Assembly: GCA_013239625.1 (NCBI GenBank) | Contig: MU057352.1 | Coordinates: 31,565,277 to 31,629,276 of the forward strand | DNA from: Lama guanicoe | Taxonomy: Eukaryota | Reading direction: 5' to 3' | Length of the DNA stretch: 64,000 nucleotides | Shown: piece after piece, positions 61,917 to 64,000 of the stretch | Layout of the letters: each line of letters opens with the position of its first letter | How positions within the stretch are numbered: the first letter of the stretch is position 1 | The notes under the pieces: generated by a model | The model's database searches: none | What the model was told of the DNA's origin: nothing | Seen by the model: the letters and a program-made list of their open reading frames with translations, nothing else | Made by a program: the position numbers and the translations under genes

Positions 61917-64000
61917 ACACGCGTTGCCACGAGCCGTAGCACGTGTACTTATGGGACGTGTCATCTCTTGCCCTTTGACACAGCCCATCTAGAAAACATG
62001 TAATTAAACGTTAAAGCACACATGGGCCAGCACTGATGTCATAATTTAATGAAGTGGCAAAGAGTTCTTTATCCCTCCGTCCACCAAGCACAGCAGTGTG
62101 ATACAGCAGAGGCACTTTCCAGCAGGTGTCCAACGCAAAGACGTCCCCGGGGTTCTCAGGCGTGGGTGACTTTGCGAAACACCATACAGACCTTCAGTGT
62201 TGAAGTGCCTGAGACCTAGGTTGCCTCCACACTCTCCCTTCCCCTGGGAGAAGGCACTCTCTCAGGGAATGTCCCTGAGAGCAAGTGCATACCTGGCGCC
62301 AAGGGCAGGCGGACAATGCCTCTCACTGAGGCACTTTAAACAGATCTCCAACCAGCTCTGTAAGACACACTCCTCCAATGTATTTTTATTTTGTGCATTC
62401 AGTAATTATTTATCAAGATCAATACATTTTTGCTTCCATGATCCATTTTGTACTGATGACATTTACAGTGACAAAAAATTCTTCTGGAATTAACAGAGCC
62501 TTATGATCATAGACATGCTTTAAATTGCAGTTTACGTATATTTTTGCAACAGAGAAGTCTGACGAATGATCAATAAAAGGCTTTCAAGTATAAAAGTGCA
62601 TGACACACGAATAAAACCCCACGAGGGGAGACGGAGCAAAGGTTCAGGTTCAGGAAGAGAAGATGCCTGGGTGACAACTGTTAAGAACAGTTTGCTCCTT
62701 TTTTAACGGGTGATGGCAGGCTATCAAATCGTTACGAGTGTTCAACATTAAAACTTAAAAAAATTTTTTTAACATTAGAAACTTTTAAGGGCAATATAAT
62801 AGTTATTTTAAATGGCTACGTATAATAAACTGGAAATTACATCTTTTACGCCAACATTAGCAAGAAAACGTTTAGATGTCAGCTTAAAAATACACCCGAA
62901 GTTCTTCAGTTATTTTACAGAACAGGAGCAAAAGTGTCTGAAGATCTCTTCTTTGAGGCAGCGTTAACTCTGTTGTCCTAAGGTAACCGGTCGCAGTGAT
63001 GAAAGCACCGCCTACTACTCACTCAGCTGGTGCTCCCCCACCCCCGCCCAGTGTCCATGACCACTGGACAGACAAGCTCATCCCTGCTGCAGAGATGTCA
63101 AAACCCCTCCACTCAAAATAACTGATGGAAAAAGGTCCCCTACCCCTTCCAAACCAAAAGTCGTACTCTTCTGGATAAATACATTTTCCCAAAACAGTGA
63201 CTGAAATGTTGGCAATGAGGAGCTTATTTACTGTTTTCTGGCCTTACAATGTCCAGGTGGCTGCTTACAATTGAGTAGCAAGATCTGTATGAAAAAGTAC
63301 AGCCACCACTACACCTGGACCAGATAATAAGGACCCGTTCCAATACTTCTTTACCTGTTTTAAGGGTTTGCTATGAATTTTGCACTCAAGATTTCCCTTT
63401 CTTTGAAACGGGAAGAACGTGGTCGCCAACCAATTTAACTGGCTCCAGGATTTAAAGGCAGAACCTAAGGAGAGGCCCCTCCAGCAAACTCCAGTAACTC
63501 AAAACCAGCTGCACCACAGAACCCCAGGCTGGAAGGTACTCCCCGAACGCAGCAAACAGGGCGCCTCTCGGGCACTGGTCCAGGAATGCTGTTCTCCTCT
63601 CACTGCCAGCAAAGCCCCTCAGCAGGTCTGGGAGGTTGCAGACACCAACAACCTAGGTGGAACAAAGCTTCCCGCCCCGGGCTTTGGGCCAAGCAGAGGT
63701 GGGAGGACAAGACAGCCATGCTTCGTAACTTGAAGTGGTTCCACAAATCCCTCCAGCTGCGAGGGGATCCTACCCTGGCGCAGCCAGCACCCCCACTCCT
63801 GCACTTGGGAGCCCCGACGGACTCTGCTATTTACTCTGATCACCTCTACCTCGCCTGGACTTCCACACCAGCCAGAACCCAGAGCCCTTCTCACCAACCT
63901 TGGGGATCTGTCTTCTTTCCCAAATCTCTCTCAAAAAGCTAAGCAGTGTGCTTAACTCAACATGAGCGTGCTCAACAAATGACCCAGGCAGGCCACCTGA

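Noticed and set aside
27491-64000. Many 60-230 aa ORFs in the presumed first intron
   Set aside because: Pro/Gly/Arg/Ala-rich low-complexity translations expected in GC-rich DNA, many with GTG/TTG starts; the only recognisable ones are L1 ORF2 remnants.

Overview
GC-rich mammalian genomic DNA, most likely from a camelid (it carries two tRNA-derived SINEs resembling the camelid Vic-1 family). The window holds most of one gene, SLC45A4 (MFS-fold SLC45 transporter, recently reported to transport polyamines), on the minus strand. Six coding exons have canonical AG/GT boundaries and consistent phases: 27098-26855, 6038-5850, 3863-3684, 3175-2142, 1294-1195 and 744-533. Together they give 1959 nt (653 codons); the last exons lie before base 1. 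The first coding exon (27490-26855, 636 nt) also carries a 392-nt 5'UTR and corresponds to the exon that forms circSLC45A4 in human and mouse. Positions 27.5-64 kb look like the long first intron, with L1, MIR, MER and MLT relics and a young 2x160-bp tandem duplication. The most interesting signal is that 5'UTR: 8 upstream ATGs form four uORFs. Three lie in one frame, one ends in Pro-stop, and two are hexapeptides. This resembles polyamine-sensing uORFs (AMD1, AZIN1, fungal HOL1) and suggests untested polyamine feedback on translation of this transporter. A duplicated splice donor after the fifth coding exon could add an unproductive-splicing control. The other ORFs in the track appear to be GC-rich noise or L1 remnants. 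Repeat family names are from recognition, not a database search.
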